Assembly (NCBI RefSeq): GCF_018977255.1
Contig: NW_024705458.1
Location: 1 to 42,869 of the forward strand
From: Callorhinchus milii
Taxonomy: Eukaryota
Reading direction: 5' to 3'
Length of the DNA stretch: 42,869 bases
Under the pieces are notes generated by a model that did not search any database, had not been told where the DNA came from, and saw only the letters and a list, made by a program, of their open reading frames with translations. Shown piece after piece: positions 1 to 13,297 of this stretch. A program made the position numbers and the translations under genes. Within the stretch, counting starts at the first letter, position 1, and each line of letters starts with the position of its first letter.

Positions 1-29
1 CACAAACCTCGCCTTGGTGCAGAAGGTCG

Positions 30-3000
30 TAGTCAACATCTCTCAGTGTCTGGATGAACCCCACGACCTCCGTGCATACAGCCAGTGCGAGGGGTAGTCA
101 ACATCTCTCAGTGTCTGGGATTGAACCACGACCTCCTGTAGACCAGGCGAGGTAGTCAACATCTCTCAGTGTCTGGGATTGAACCCACGACCTCCTGTAG
201 ACCAGGCGAGGTAGTCAACACTCTCAGTGTCTGGGATTGAACACGACCTCCTGTAGACCAGGCGAGGTAGTCAACATCTCTCAGTGTCTGGGATTGAACC
301 GACCTCCTGTAGACCAGGCGAGGTAGTCAACATCTCTCAGTTGTCGGGATTGAACCACGACCTCCTGTAGACCAGGCGAGGTAGTCAACATCTCTCAGTG
401 TCTGGGATTGAACCCACGACCTGTAGACCAGGCGAGGTAGTCAACATCTCTCAGTGTCTGGGATTGAACCCACGACCTCCTGTAGACCAGGCGAGGTAGT
501 CAACATCTCTCAGTGTCTGGGATTGAACCCACGACCTCCTGTAGACCAGGCGAGGTAGTCAACATCTCTCAGTGTCTGGGATTGAACCCACGACCTCCTG
601 TAGACCAGGCGAGGTAGTCAACATCTCTCAGTGTCTGGGATTGAACCCACGACCTCCTGTAGACCAGGCGAGGTAGTCAACATCTCTCAGTGTCTGGGAT
701 TGAACCCACGACCTCCTGTAGACCAGGCGAGGTAGTCAACATCTCTCAGTGTCTGGGATTGAACCCACGACCTCCTGTAGACCAGGCGAGGTAGTCAACA
801 TCTCTCAGTGTCTGGGATTGAACCCACGACCTCCTGTAGACCAGGCGAGGTAGTCAACATCTCTCAGTGTCTGGGATTGAACCCACGACCTCCTGTAGAC
901 CAGGCGAGGTAGTCAACATCTCTCAGTGTCTGGGATTGAACCCACGACCTCCTGTAGACCAGGCGAGGTAGTCAACATCTCTCAGTGTCTGGGATTGAAC
1001 CCACGACCTCCTGTAGACCAGGCGAGGTAGTCAACATCTCTCAGTGTCTGGGATTGAACCCACGACCTCCTGTAGACCAGGCGAGGTAGTCAACATCTCT
1101 CAGTGTCTGGGATTGAACCCACGACCTCCTGTAGACCAGGCGAGGTAGTCAACATCTCTCAGTGTCTGGGATTGAACCCACGACCTCCTGTAGACCAGGC
1201 GAGGTAGTCAACATCTCTCAGTGTCTGGGATTGAACCCACGACCTCCTGTAGACCAGGCGAGGTAGTCAACATCTCTCAGTGTCTGGGATTGAACCCACG
1301 ACCTCCTGTAGACCAGGCGAGGTAGTCAACATCTCTCAGTGTCTGGGATTGAACCCACGACCTCCTGTAGACCAGGCGAGGTAGTCAACATCTCTCAGTG
1401 TCTGGGATTGAACCCACGACCTCCTGTAGACCAGGCGAGGTAGTCAACATCTCTCAGTGTCTGGGATTGAACCCACGACCTCCTGTAGACCAGGCGAGGT
1501 AGTCAACATCTCTCAGTGTCTGGGATTGAACCCACGACCTCCTGTAGACCAGGCGAGGTAGTCAACATCTCTCAGTGTCTGGGATTGAACCCACGACCTC
1601 CTGTAGACCAGGCGAGGTAGTCAACATCTCTCAGTGTCTGGGATTGAACCCACGACCTCCTGTAGACCAGGCGAGGTAGTCAACATCTCTCAGTGTCTGG
1701 GATTGAACCCACGACCTCCTGTAGACCAGGCGAGGTAGTCAACATCTCTCAGTGTCTGGGATTGAACCCACGACCTCCTGTAGACCAGGCGAGGTAGTCA
1801 ACATCTCTCAGTGTCTGGGATTGAACCCACGACCTCCTGTAGACCAGGCGAGGTAGTCAACATCTCTCAGTGTCTGGGATTGAACCCACGACCTCCTGTA
1901 GACCAGGCGAGGTAGTCAACATCTCTCAGTGTCTGGGATTGAACCCACGACCTCCTGTAGACCAGGCGAGGTAGTCAACATCTCTCAGTGTCTGGGATTG
2001 AACCCACGACCTCCTGTAGACCAGGCGAGGTAGTCAACATCTCTCAGTGTCTGGGATTGAACCCACGACCTCCTGTAGACCAGGCGAGGTAGTCAACATC
2101 TCTCAGTGTCTGGGATTGAACCCACGACCTCCTGTAGACCAGGCGAGGTAGTCAACATCTCTCAGTGTCTGGGATTGAACCCACGACCTCCTGTAGACCA
2201 GGCGAGGTAGTCAACATCTCTCAGTGTCTGGGATTGAACCCACGACCTCCTGTAGACCAGGCGAGGTAGTCAACATCTCTCAGTGTCTGGGATTGAACCC
2301 ACGACCTCCTGTAGACCAGGCGAGGTAGTCAACATCTCTCAGTGTCTGGGATTGAACCCACGACCTCCTGTAGACCAGGCGAGGTAGTCAACATCTCTCA
2401 GTGTCTGGGATTGAACCCACGACCTCCTGTAGACCAGGCGAGGTAGTCAACATCTCTCAGTGTCTGGGATTGAACCCACGACCTCCTGTAGACCAGGCGA
2501 GGTAGTCAACATCTCTCAGTGTCTGGGATTGAACCCACGACCTCCTGTAGACCAGGCGAGGTAGTCAACATCTCTCAGTGTCTGGGATTGAACCCACGAC
2601 CTCCTGTAGACCAGGCGAGGTAGTCAACATCTCTCAGTGTCTGGGATTGAACCCACGACCTCCTGTAGACCAGGCGAGGTAGTCAACATCTCTCAGTGTC
2701 TGGGATTGAACCCACGACCTCCTGTAGACCAGGCGAGGTAGTCAACATCTCTCAGTGTCTGGGATTGAACCCACGACCTCCTGTAGACCAGGCGAGGTAG
2801 TCAACATCTCTCAGTGTCTGGGATTGAACCCACGACCTCCTGTAGACCAGGCGAGGTAGTCAACATCTCTCAGTGTCTGGGATTGAACCCACGACCTCCT
2901 GTAGACCAGGCGAGGTAGTCAACATCTCTCAGTGTCTGGGATTGAACCCACGACCTCCTGTAGACCAGGCGAGGTAGTCAACATCTCTCAGTGTCTGGGA

Positions 3001-5631
3001 TTGAACCCACGACCTCCTGTAGACCAGGCGAGGTAGTCAACATCTCTCAGTGTCTGGGATTGAACCCACGACCTCCTGTAGACCAGGCGAGGTAGTCAAC
3101 ATCTCTCAGTGTCTGGGATTGAACCCACGACCTCCTGTAGACCAGGCGAGGTAGTCAACATCTCTCAGTGTCTGGGATTGAACCCACGACCTCCTGTAGA
3201 CCAGGCGAGGTAGTCAACATCTCTCAGTGTCTGGGATTGAACCCACGACCTCCTGTAGACCAGGCGAGGTAGTCAACATCTCTCAGTGTCTGGGATTGAA
3301 CCCACGACCTCCTGTAGACCAGGCGAGGTAGTCAACATCTCTCAGTGTCTGGGATTGAACCCACGACCTCCTGTAGACCAGGCGAGGTAGTCAACATCTC
3401 TCAGTGTCTGGGATTGAACCCACGACCTCCTGTAGACCAGGCGAGGTAGTCAACATCTCTCAGTGTCTGGGATTGAACCCACGACCTCCTGTAGACCAGG
3501 CGAGGTAGTCAACATCTCTCAGTGTCTGGGATTGAACCCACGACCTCCTGTAGACCAGGCGAGGTAGTCAACATCTCTCAGTGTCTGGGATTGAACCCAC
3601 GACCTCCTGTAGACCAGGCGAGGTAGTCAACATCTCTCAGTGTCTGGGATTGAACCCACGACCTCCTGTAGACCAGGCGAGGTAGTCAACATCTCTCAGT
3701 GTCTGGGATTGAACCCACGACCTCCTGTAGACCAGGCGAGGTAGTCAACATCTCTCAGTGTCTGGGATTGAACCCACGACCTCCTGTAGACCAGGCGAGG
3801 TAGTCAACATCTCTCAGTGTCTGGGATTGAACCCACGACCTCCTGTAGACCAGGCGAGGTAGTCAACATCTCTCAGTGTCTGGGATTGAACCCACGACCT
3901 CCTGTAGACCAGGCGAGGTAGTCAACATCTCTCAGTGTCTGGGATTGAACCCACGACCTCCTGTAGACCAGGCGAGGTAGTCAACATCTCTCAGTGTCTG
4001 GGATTGAACCCACGACCTCCTGTAGACCAGGCGAGGTAGTCAACATCTCTCAGTGTCTGGGATTGAACCCACGACCTCCTGTAGACCAGGCGAGGTAGTC
4101 AACATCTCTCAGTGTCTGGGATTGAACCCACGACCTCCTGTAGACCAGGCGAGGTAGTCAACATCTCTCAGTGTCTGGGATTGAACCCACGACCTCCTGT
4201 AGACCAGGCGAGGTAGTCAACATCTCTCAGTGTCTGGGATTGAACCCACGACCTCCTGTAGACCAGGCGAGGTAGTCAACATCTCTCAGTGTCTGGGATT
4301 GAACCCACGACCTCCTGTAGACCAGGCGAGGTAGTCAACATCTCTCAGTGTCTGGGATTGAACCCACGACCTCCTGTAGACCAGGCGAGGTAGTCAACAT
4401 CTCTCAGTGTCTGGGATTGAACCCACGACCTCCTGTAGACCAGGCGAGGTAGTCAACATCTCTCAGTGTCTGGGATTGAACCCACGACCTCCTGTAGACC
4501 AGGCGAGGTAGTCAACATCTCTCAGTGTCTGGGATTGAACCCACGACCTCCTGTAGACCAGGCGAGGTAGTCAACATCTCTCAGTGTCTGGGATTGAACC
4601 CACGACCTCCTGTAGACCAGGCGAGGTAGTCAACATCTCTCAGTGTCTGGGATTGAACCCACGACCTCCTGTAGACCAGGCGAGGTAGTCAACATCTCTC
4701 AGTGTCTGGGATTGAACCCACGACCTCCTGTAGACCAGGCGAGGTAGTCAACATCTCTCAGTGTCTGGGATGAACCCAAGACCTTGTAGACAGGCGAGTA
4801 GTCACATCCTGTGTGGGATTGAACCCACGACCTTCTGTAGACCAGGCGAGGTAGTCAACATCTCTCAGTGTCTGGGATTGAACCCACGACCTCCTGTAGA
4901 CCAGGCGAGGTAGTCAACATCTCTCAGTGTCTGGGATTGAACTCCAACCGACCTCCTGTAGACCAGGCGAGGTAGTCAACATCTCTCAGGGTCTGGGATT
5001 GAACCCACGACCTCCTGTAGACCAGGCGAGGTAGTCAACATCTCTCAGTGTCTGGGATTGAACCCACGACCTCCTGTAGACCAGGCGAGGTAGTCAACAT
5101 CTCTCAGTGTCTGGGATTGAACCCACGACCTCCTGTAGACCAGGCGAGGTAGTCAACATCTCTCAGGGTCTGGGATTGAACCCACGACCTCCTGTAGACC
5201 AGGCGAGGTAGTCAACATCTCTCAGTGTCTGGGATTGAACCCACGACCTCCTGTAGACCAGGCGAGGTAGTCAACATCTCTCAGTGTCTGGGATTGAACC
5301 CACGACCTCCTGTAGACCAGGCGAGGTAGTCAACATCTCTCAGTGTCTGGGATTGAACCCACGACCTCCTGTAGACCAGGCGAGTAGTCAACATCTCTCA
5401 GTGTCTGGATTGAACCCACGACCTCCTGTAGACCAGGCGAGGTAGTCAACATCTCTCAGTGTCTGGGAATGAACCCACGACCTCCTGTAGACCAGGCGAG
5501 GTAGTCAACATCTCTCAGTGTCTGGGATTGAACCCACGACCTCCTGTAGACCAGGCGAGGTAGTCAACATCTCTCAGTGTCTGGGATTGAACCCACGACC
5601 TCCTATAGACCAGGCGAGGGAGTCAACATCT
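30..5631 (-). repeat. 59-bp tandem satellite (~95 copies) derived from a tRNA-like/SINE head; carries a Pol III B-box on the minus strand
   Basis: Unit GTAGTCAACATCTCTCAGTGTCTGGGATTGAACCCACGACCTCCTGTAGACCAGGCGAG shifts by 1 nt per 60-nt line, giving a period of 59. The reverse complement contains AGGTCGTGGGTTCAATCCCA (T-arm/B-box). The right end continues on the minus strand as GATTCCGTAGTTGGTAGA (A-box-like). Confidence 0.95.
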
Positions 5632-5859
5632 ACCAACTACGGAATCTCATTTGGGTCAATTTTTGCACCTTATACGGTATAAGATTTCTGATATTCCCGC
5701 TTTTTTTACATAACCAATAAATGTTTTACTTTATTTATGTAGATCGCTACGAATGCCAATGCGAGTGTTTAGTGTGATGGCGAGTTTTAGTAATTAGTTG
5801 TACGTACGGTTAAAACAATTAAAGTTTTTCTCTAAAAAATAAAATCTCTCTCTCCGCTT

Positions 5860-5985
5860 GGAGCCAATCACAGTTGAGTGTCTCGCCTGTCATGTGACGC
5901 GTGTTTGTTTTCCCGCCAATTTTCTGGCTCCTCCCCTCTTCGCTGGCGGCCATTTTAGAGTCGTTGGGGACAAGATGGCGGCCTC
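5860..5985 (+). promoter_or_regulatory. Compact CpG-rich housekeeping-type promoter of the zinc-finger gene
   Basis: CCAAT box (AGCCAATCA), E-box TCATGTGAC, E2F-like TTTCCCGCC, a second CCAAT, and YY1 motifs GCGGCCATTT and AAGATGGCGGC, the latter overlapping the ATG. Confidence 0.65.
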
Positions 5986-6009
5986 GACCATGACGGCGAT
6001 TCGCCAGCG
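5975..6009 (+). CDS. Putative first coding exon of C2H2 zinc-finger gene A (MAASTMTAIRQR)
   Basis: AAGATGG Kozak context, then a CG|GTCAGT phase-2 donor. This matches the phase-2 acceptor at 9198, and the paralog at 42689 also uses a phase-2 acceptor. Confidence 0.55.
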
Positions 6010-6029
6010 GTCAGTGGCCACCACTATCA

Positions 6030-7078
6030 ATATCACTAACTCACTATCTCTTACACTCTCTCACTCTTGCACACTTATACTGACACTCACTTTGACACAC
6101 TCTCTCACAATCTCTCTCACTCACTATCTCTCACTCTGACAATCTCACTCTCACACTGACAATTCACTCTCACAATCTCACACATCTGACACACTCTCAC
6201 ACACTCACAATCTTACAATCACTCACACACAATCTCACACTCACAATCTCTCACTCTCACAATCTCTCGCACTCACACACTCACTCTTACAATCTCAATC
6301 ACAATCTCTCACTCTGACAATCTCACACTCACTCACAATCACTCTGACAATCTCACACACTCACACACACTGACAATCTCACACTCACACTCACACTCAA
6401 CATCTCACATTCTCACACTCACTCACTCTCACACACTCACACTGACACACTCACTCTGACAATCTCACACACTGACAGACAATCTCACACTCACTGACAA
6501 TCTCACACACTGACAATCTCACACACTGACAATCTCACACACTGACACTCACACTCACTGACAATCTCACACTCACTGACCAATCTCACACTCACACACA
6601 CTGACAATCTCACACCACACACACTGACATATGCTCTCACCTCACACACACTGACAATCTCTACTACTGACATTCAATCACCACACTGACAATCTCACCT
6701 CACACTCACTGACACTCTCACACACACTGATACACTCACACACACTGACACTCTCACACTCACACACACTGACAATCTCTCACTCCACACCACTGACAAT
6801 CTCACACTCACACACACTGACAATCTCTCACTCACACACACTGACAAACTCACACTCACACACACTGACAATCTCACACTCACACACACTGACAATCTCA
6901 CACTCACAACACTGACAATCTCTCACTCACACACACTGACAATCTCACACTCACACACACTGACAATCTCTCACTCACACCACTGACAATCTCACACTCA
7001 CACACACTGACAATCTCACACCACACACACTGACAAACTCTCACACACACACACTGACAATCTCAACACTCACTCACT
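6030..7078. repeat. CA/CT-rich degenerate minisatellite (CTCACACACACTGACAAT-like)
   Basis: Directly visible low-complexity tandem repeat. Confidence 0.9.
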
Positions 7079-7239
7079 GCCCCAACACAATGAAGGCTGC
7101 ACATGGGCAGGGCCGGAAAACAAAGTTAAAGAAAAATATATATTTTTTACTTTTCTCTTAATAGCTTTATAATTCTTTAATTAGTAAAATTATGTCATTT
7201 TATTATTTAATTATTACAAATTATAATAACACCTTTTTT

Positions 7240-8310
7240 ATTGGTTCTTTAGGTAAAGTCACGTAGATGAAAAAATATGTTTTTTTTACAAGGCTAACAA
7301 GAAATAAAATTCATCATTCACGAATGAAATTACTTTTCACTTAATCTCTGGAGGTCTATACTCTTTGGTTCTTTAGGTAAAGTCACGTAGATGAAAAAAT
7401 ATAATAAAATGTATTTTTTACAAGGCTAACAAGAAATAATATTCATCATTCACGATGAAATCGCTTTTCTCTTAATATCTGGAGGTCTATACTCTTTGGT
7501 TCTTGAGGTAAAGTCACGTAGATGAAAAAATATATAATAAAATGTATTTTTTACAAGGGCTAACAAGAAATAAAATTCATCATTCACGAATGAAATAACT
7601 TTTCTCTTAATATCTGGAGGTCTATACTCTTTAGGTTTCTTTAGGTAAGTCACGTAGATGAACAAAATATAATAAAATGTATTTTTTACAAAGGCTAACA
7701 AGAAATAAATTTCATCATTCACGAATGAAATTACTTTTCTCTTAATATCTGGAGGTCTATACTCTTTGGTTCTTTAGGTAAAGTCACGTAGATGAAAATA
7801 ATATAATAAAATGCATTTTTTACAAGGCTAACAAGAAATAAAATTAATCATTCACGAATGAAATTACTTTTCACTTAATCTCTGGAGGTCAATACTCTTT
7901 GGTTCTTTAGGTAAAGTCACGTAGATGAAAAAAATATAATAAAATGTATTTTTTTACAAGGCTAACAAGAATAATATTCATTCACGAATGCAATTACTTT
8001 ATCTCTTAATATCTGGAGGTTTACACTCTTTGGTTCTTTAGGTGAAGTCACGTAGATGAAAAAATATTTAATAAAATGTATTTTTTACAAGGCTAACAAG
8101 AAATAATGTTCATCATTCACGAATGAAATACTTTTTCTTAATATCTGGAGGTTTATACTCTTTGGTTCTTTAGGTAAAGTCACGTAGATGAAAAATATAT
8201 AATAAATTATTTTACAAGGCTAACAAGAAATAAATTATACGAATGAAATACTTTTCTTTATATTGGAGGTTTATACTCTTTGGTTCTTTAGGTAAAGTCA
8301 CGTAGAAGGG
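7240..8310 (-). repeat. ~125-bp tandem array (8-9 copies) containing the PLE terminal motif
   Basis: Each unit has TTGGTTCTTTAGGTAAAGTCACGTAG, the reverse complement of the PLE-family end CTACGTGACTTTACC..AAGAACCAA. Confidence 0.85.
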
Positions 8311-8456
8311 AATAATAAATAATATAAATATAAAACAATTAAAATTCTCATGACGTTTCGACTGCAACACAGCTATCATATATTTATAGTATTATTTTAT
8401 TATTTCCCTTCTCCGTGACTTTACCGAAAGAACCAAGAATATGAAAATAATTAAGT

Positions 8457-8497
8457 TACGACGTTTCGGAGGCAACACAAGCTTCTGTCATCAGGTG
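8457..8497 (-). ncRNA. Minimal type I hammerhead ribozyme (PLE-associated), imperfect
   Basis: Minus strand CAC-CTGATGA-C-AGAAGC-TTGTGTT-GCCTCC-GAAA-CGTC-GTA, with a TATATAA upstream in the same orientation. Confidence 0.7.
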
Positions 8498-8703
8498 GGA
8501 CAACCAGAGCACAATCACTGCCGTGAGCAGAGAGCTCTTAGTGACACGCTCTTATATAGGGTGAGAAGGGGGAGGAGCCAGGGAGGAGGGATGCAGGGGG
8601 GGGGGCTCCCTGCACACGGATGTCTCTGTAGTGCGTGTGTGCATGTTGTAATGTGTAAGGTATATCTGCAGTCGATTTCATGTTGTGTGTAACGTGAAGG
8701 TAT

Positions 8704-9175
8704 TATTCTTTGGTTCTTTCGGTAAAGTCACGTATAAAGATAAAATAATAACTTAAATTAAATACGAGCATACGACGTTTCGATTGCAACACAAGCAATC
8801 ATCATCAGGTATAAATTAAATAGAAACACAAATCTAGTATACTTAGAAATGTAATGTAATATAACAGAGAGTCGGATAACATAACAGTCAACACCCTATC
8901 TGGTTGATTACGTTCTTCCTGAGAATGCTAAATTTGAGAGAGAGATTTAATCTCTCTCAACCAGATAGGGTGTTGACTGTTATGTTATCCGACTCTGTTA
9001 TATTACATTTCTAAGTATACTAGATTTGTGCTTCTATTTAATTTATACCTGATGATTGCTTGTGTTGCAATCGAAACTGTATGCTAGTATTTAATTTAAG
9101 TTATTATTTTATCTTTATACGTGACTTTACCGAAAGAACCAAAGAATAATTCCTGCAGTCACGAAAGCTCCAAAT
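8704..9175 (+). mobile_element. Non-autonomous Penelope-like element: inverted pair of terminal repeats plus 3' tail
   Basis: ~220-bp inverted arms centred near 8945, then the tail CCTGCAGTCACGAAAGCTCCAAATT. It contains one intact and one deleted hammerhead. Confidence 0.8.
8770..8812 (-). ncRNA. Minimal type I hammerhead ribozyme, intact
   Basis: Minus strand ATAC-CTGATGA-T-GATTGC-TTGTGTT-GCAATC-GAAA-CGTC-GTAT. Core CUGAnGA/GAAA, perfect stem II, stem I ATAC/GTAT, palindromic ACGU stem III and a GUC cleavage triplet. Confidence 0.88.
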
Positions 9176-9197
9176 TAAGTGTAAGGTATATTTGCAG

Positions 9198-10036
9198 AGT
9201 CGATCGCATGGAGAAGCCTCGACAGAGCGCCGTGCTAAAAGGCATCAATGCGACCGGTGTGCCTACAGCACGGATCACACTGGAAACTTCAAGCAGCATG
9301 AGAGAACACACACGGACGAAAAGCCATTCAAGTGCATCACGTGTGGGAAGGCTTTTGCTCGTTTACAATATTTAACATATCATCAGAGAACACACACGGG
9401 GGAAAGCCATTCAAGTGCGCCATCTGCGAGAAAACATTTGTACATTCATCATATTTTCGCGTTCACCAGAGAACGCACACGGGCGAAAACCATTCAAGTG
9501 CACTGTGTGCATGAAGGCATTTAGTCGTTTAGAAACTCTTCAAAATCATCAGAGAACACACACGGGTGAGAAGCCCTACAAGTGCACGTGTGATGAAGCA
9601 TTTGTCTATCAAACTATCTTCGGATTCATCAGAGAAAGCACACAGGCGAAAAGCATCAAGTGCACCGTGTGTGGGAAGGCATTTGTCTATCAAACTATCT
9701 TCGAGTTCACGAGAGAACGCACACGGGCGAAAGCCCTACAAGTGCACCGTGTGTGGGAAAGGGTTTGCTGCGTCAGGACAACGAAAGAAGCATGAGAAGA
9801 TCCACGAGAGGGTGAAATCTACTTGCGATGGTCAAAGTGCTGCTCCCATGAGTCCATCTCTCATAAAACAAGAACCGGAAGAAACTGACAACTTCGCTAC
9901 GTGGCCAGGAGTGATGAAGTGTGAAGAAGAGATAACGGTGAAGCGTGAAGGTCAGGGTTCGACTCCAGGAGGCGACCTCCTGGTGGATGGAGTGGACGTG
10001 AAGCAGGAGGATGAGAATCGAGATTGTCGCTTGTGA
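9198..10036 (+). CDS. C2H2 (Kruppel-type) zinc-finger protein A, main exon, ~7 fingers, frameshifted as assembled
   Basis: TTTGCAG acceptor. [31 protein letters not shown], repeated HTGEKP(F/Y)KC linkers spread over 3 frames, and an acidic tail LIKQEPEE...[12 protein letters not shown]. Confidence 0.85.
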
Positions 10037-10309
10037 TGACCCCGTCGTTTTGAAAAAGGGGTCACTTCAGCTTGTCGGCATTACGGGAAAAAAAAATGTG
10101 TTCGTTTAGTAAACTGGAAAAGGACTTTGGCCATATTCCAGGGATCCATTTGTGCGCCGTTTTCTTTTTTTGGGGGGGGGGGGGAGTTAAAGATCGCGTA
10201 AATATATATACTGTATACCCGGTGCGGTTTGTAAACATTGCCCCCTAGGGGACAAATGCGTTCAGCCGTATTGCTGGCCACCCACCCACTCACTAGTGTA
10301 TAATGTAAC

Positions 10310-10821
10310 ATAGAGACCCATAGACTCACAAAGAGACCCATAGACTCATAACGCAGACCAATAGATTCATCACGCAGATACCCATAGACTAATCACACAT
10401 ACACATAGACTCACACAGAGACCCATAGACTCACAAAGAGACCCATAGACTCGTCACGCAGACCAATAGATTCATCACGCAGATACCCATAGACTAATCA
10501 CACGTAACATAGACTCACACAGAGACCCATAGACTCACAAGAGACCCATAGACTCGTCACGCAGACCAATAGATTCATCACGCAGATACCCATAGACTAA
10601 TCACACATACACATAGACTCATCATTTAGAGACCCATAGACTCACAAAGAGACCCATAGACTCATAACGCAGACCAATAGATTCATCATGCAGATACCCA
10701 TAGACTAATCACACAAATCCATAGACTCATCATTTAGAGACCCATAGACTCACGCAGAGCCATAGACTCGTCATACAGAGACCATATACTCACAGACCCA
10801 TAGACTCCCACAGAGACCCAT
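10310..10821. repeat. Minisatellite built from ACCCATAGACTCAC-like units
   Basis: Direct tandem repetition with a higher-order period of ~85-90 bp. Confidence 0.9.
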
Positions 10822-11602
10822 TGTAATTTTAATAATTGCATTGTGAAAATTCGAAAGTTTTCAGAAATGTTGATTGTGCAATGTAATGTTAGATGTGTCA
10901 TTACAAAAACGTGTTTGTTGTGTGTGTTATTATTGTTATTTGAAGTTTTCGTGACTGCAGGAATCCATACTCTTTGGTTCTTTCAGTAAAGTCACGTTTC
11001 GGGCGCAACCCATTTTATTTTATACCTACGTGACTACCGAAAGAACCAAAGAGTATTATTGTTGTGATTTATATTCTTGACTAATATGTATGTTTATGAT
11101 TATTTGCGATTATGCACAAAGTGTATCGCGACTTGTTACTGGCTCTCTAGTTGTCTAGGGGTTTGCAATGTCAATCGTGACGACATCGATGAATCTCGCT
11201 TCAACATTCAAACGCGGCATGTCGGGCCCAGCACGCTGCCTGTAGAGCAGCCTCGGACAGCAGCCTGCACGTGACCACACCCCCCTCTCCCCTGGCCTCT
11301 CCACCAAATACAACGTCAAGTCACTGGGCTTAACCAACAACTTTTACAGCCTGTCGCTCGGGCACTCTATCGGTGTGCGACGACTCAAATCTCCACCTGT
11401 TCCACGTCTCAGCTCACAACTCTTAGCTTAGTGCAGTACGACTTCTCCAAGTCCTTCACTCTGCAAGTGACTCGAAAATGAAAAAGCGTCGAGGAAAACT
11501 TTCAGCAATACTTAAGTCTGCCTCGGCAAGCGCTCAAAACTTAACTACTCGGCGCTTTTCTCCCGGCAAAGCTCAACTTATGGATGATTGCGATAACTGT
11601 AC

Positions 11603-11783
11603 CTCAATGCACGTGATGAATGACGTCACAAAGCAACCCTTAAAGAGCCTCAATGCACGTGGTGAATGACTTCACAAAGCAACCCTTAAAGGGTCTCAAT
11701 GCACGTGGTGAATGACGTCACAAAGCAGTCCTTAAGGAGCCTCAATGCACGTGATAAATGACGTCACAAAGCAGCCCTTAAAG
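11603..11783. repeat. ~45-bp tandem repeat (4 copies), each with E-box CACGTG and CRE TGACGTCA
   Basis: CTCAATGCACGTG(G)TGAATGACGTCACAAAGCAACCCTTAAAG repeated; one copy reads TGACTTCA. Confidence 0.85.
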
Positions 11784-12050
11784 GGCCGCATGCGGCTCCG
11801 ACGCGTCAGGCTGCCAACCCCCTGGGTCTTGCCATTGCAGCCTGTGGAATTGTAAGTCTTGGTCATGTAACTTACTAACTGTTTACTATATATTTCACCA
11901 GGCAAGGCCCACTGAGATAGAGAGGTCTTTTTTCCGAAAGCGACCTCGCCGAATGAGGTGGCTTGTCACGTGGACTTCTATAGCAGCGGCCAATGCACAT
12001 GGAGGGGAAAAGCCAGAGGGTGCGGGAAAAAAATCCACACAACCATGGGG

Positions 12051-12935
12051 AGAGAGATGCGCAAACTCCAAACATACAGCAGCAGGCATCTTCAGGGTCG
12101 AGATCAAACCCACGACCTCCTGTACACCAGGCGAGGTGATCAACATCTGCTAGCCACCATGATGATGAGAGACACTCAAACTCCAAACATACAGCAGGAG
12201 GCGTCGTCAGGGTCGAGATCAAACCCACGACCTCCTGTACACCAGGCGAGGTAATCAACATCTGCTAGCCACCATGATGATGAGAGACACTCAAACTTCA
12301 AACATACAGCAGCAGGCGTCGTCAGGGTCGAGATCAAACCCACAACCTCCTGTACACCAGGCGAGATAGTCAACATCTGCTAGCCACCATGATGATGAGA
12401 GACACTCAAACTCCAAACACAGCAGCAGGCGTCGTCAGGGTCGAGATCAAACCCACAACCTCCTGTACACCAGCGAGATAGTCAACATCTGCTAGCTACC
12501 ATGATGATGAGAGACACTCAAACTCCATACAGCAGCAGGCATCGTCAGGGTCGAGATCAAACCCACAACCTCCTGTACACCAGGCGAGATAGTCAACATC
12601 TGCTAGCCACCATGATGATGACACTCAAACTCCAAACATACAGCAGCAGGCGTCGTCAGGGTCGAGATCAAACCCACGACCTCCTGTACACCAGGCGAGA
12701 TAGTCAACATCTGCTAGCCACCATGATGATGAGAGACACTCAAACTCCATACAGCAGCAGGCGTCGTCAGGGTCGAGATCAAACCCAAGACCTGTACACC
12801 AGGCGAGTAAACAACATCTGCTAGCCACCATGATGATGAGAGACACTCAAACTCCAAACATACAGCAGCAGGCGTCTTCAGGGTCGAGATCAAACCCACG
12901 ACCTCCTGTACACCAGGCGAGGTAATCAACATCTA
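12051..12935 (-). repeat. ~115-bp tandem array (8 copies) sharing the tRNA-derived core with the 59-bp satellite
   Basis: Core ACCCACGACCTCCTGTACACCAGGCGAGGTAATCAACATCT, with different inter-core sequence (GCTAGCCACCATGATGATGAGAGACACTCAAACTCC...). Confidence 0.92.
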
Positions 12936-13297
12936 TCCACCGTGGTTCCCCTCCGATGTGGTTGTAATCTCGTGGATAAATGAGGAGTCCTGTAATGCTC
13001 CGCGAGTTCTTCTGAATGGTCACATGGCCTGTCGGTAGCTAGGGACGAGCTTATCGGGTATCTCAATAAAGCTGTCGTATTTTTGGGGAACATCGGGTCC
13101 GCCACTCGCTCCGACAAACGCAACTCCCTCGTGGTCTCTCGACTTCTCAGGCTCGACTCGACAAAATCAACTGGAACTTCGCCTGATGGGGCGGGCGAAA
13201 CGGAGATTGCACGCTCACCCGGGATGCAAAGCTGCCAAGGGCACCGAATATTTCACATCTTGAGAAGGAGCTTCGCGGATGTTGAAGTTATGTTTAA

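Noticed and set aside
30..5631. CRISPR array, suggested by a constant core recurring in arrays here and at 12051 and 24013
   Set aside because: Inter-core sequences are the same within each array (no unique spacers), there are no cas genes, and the context is vertebrate.
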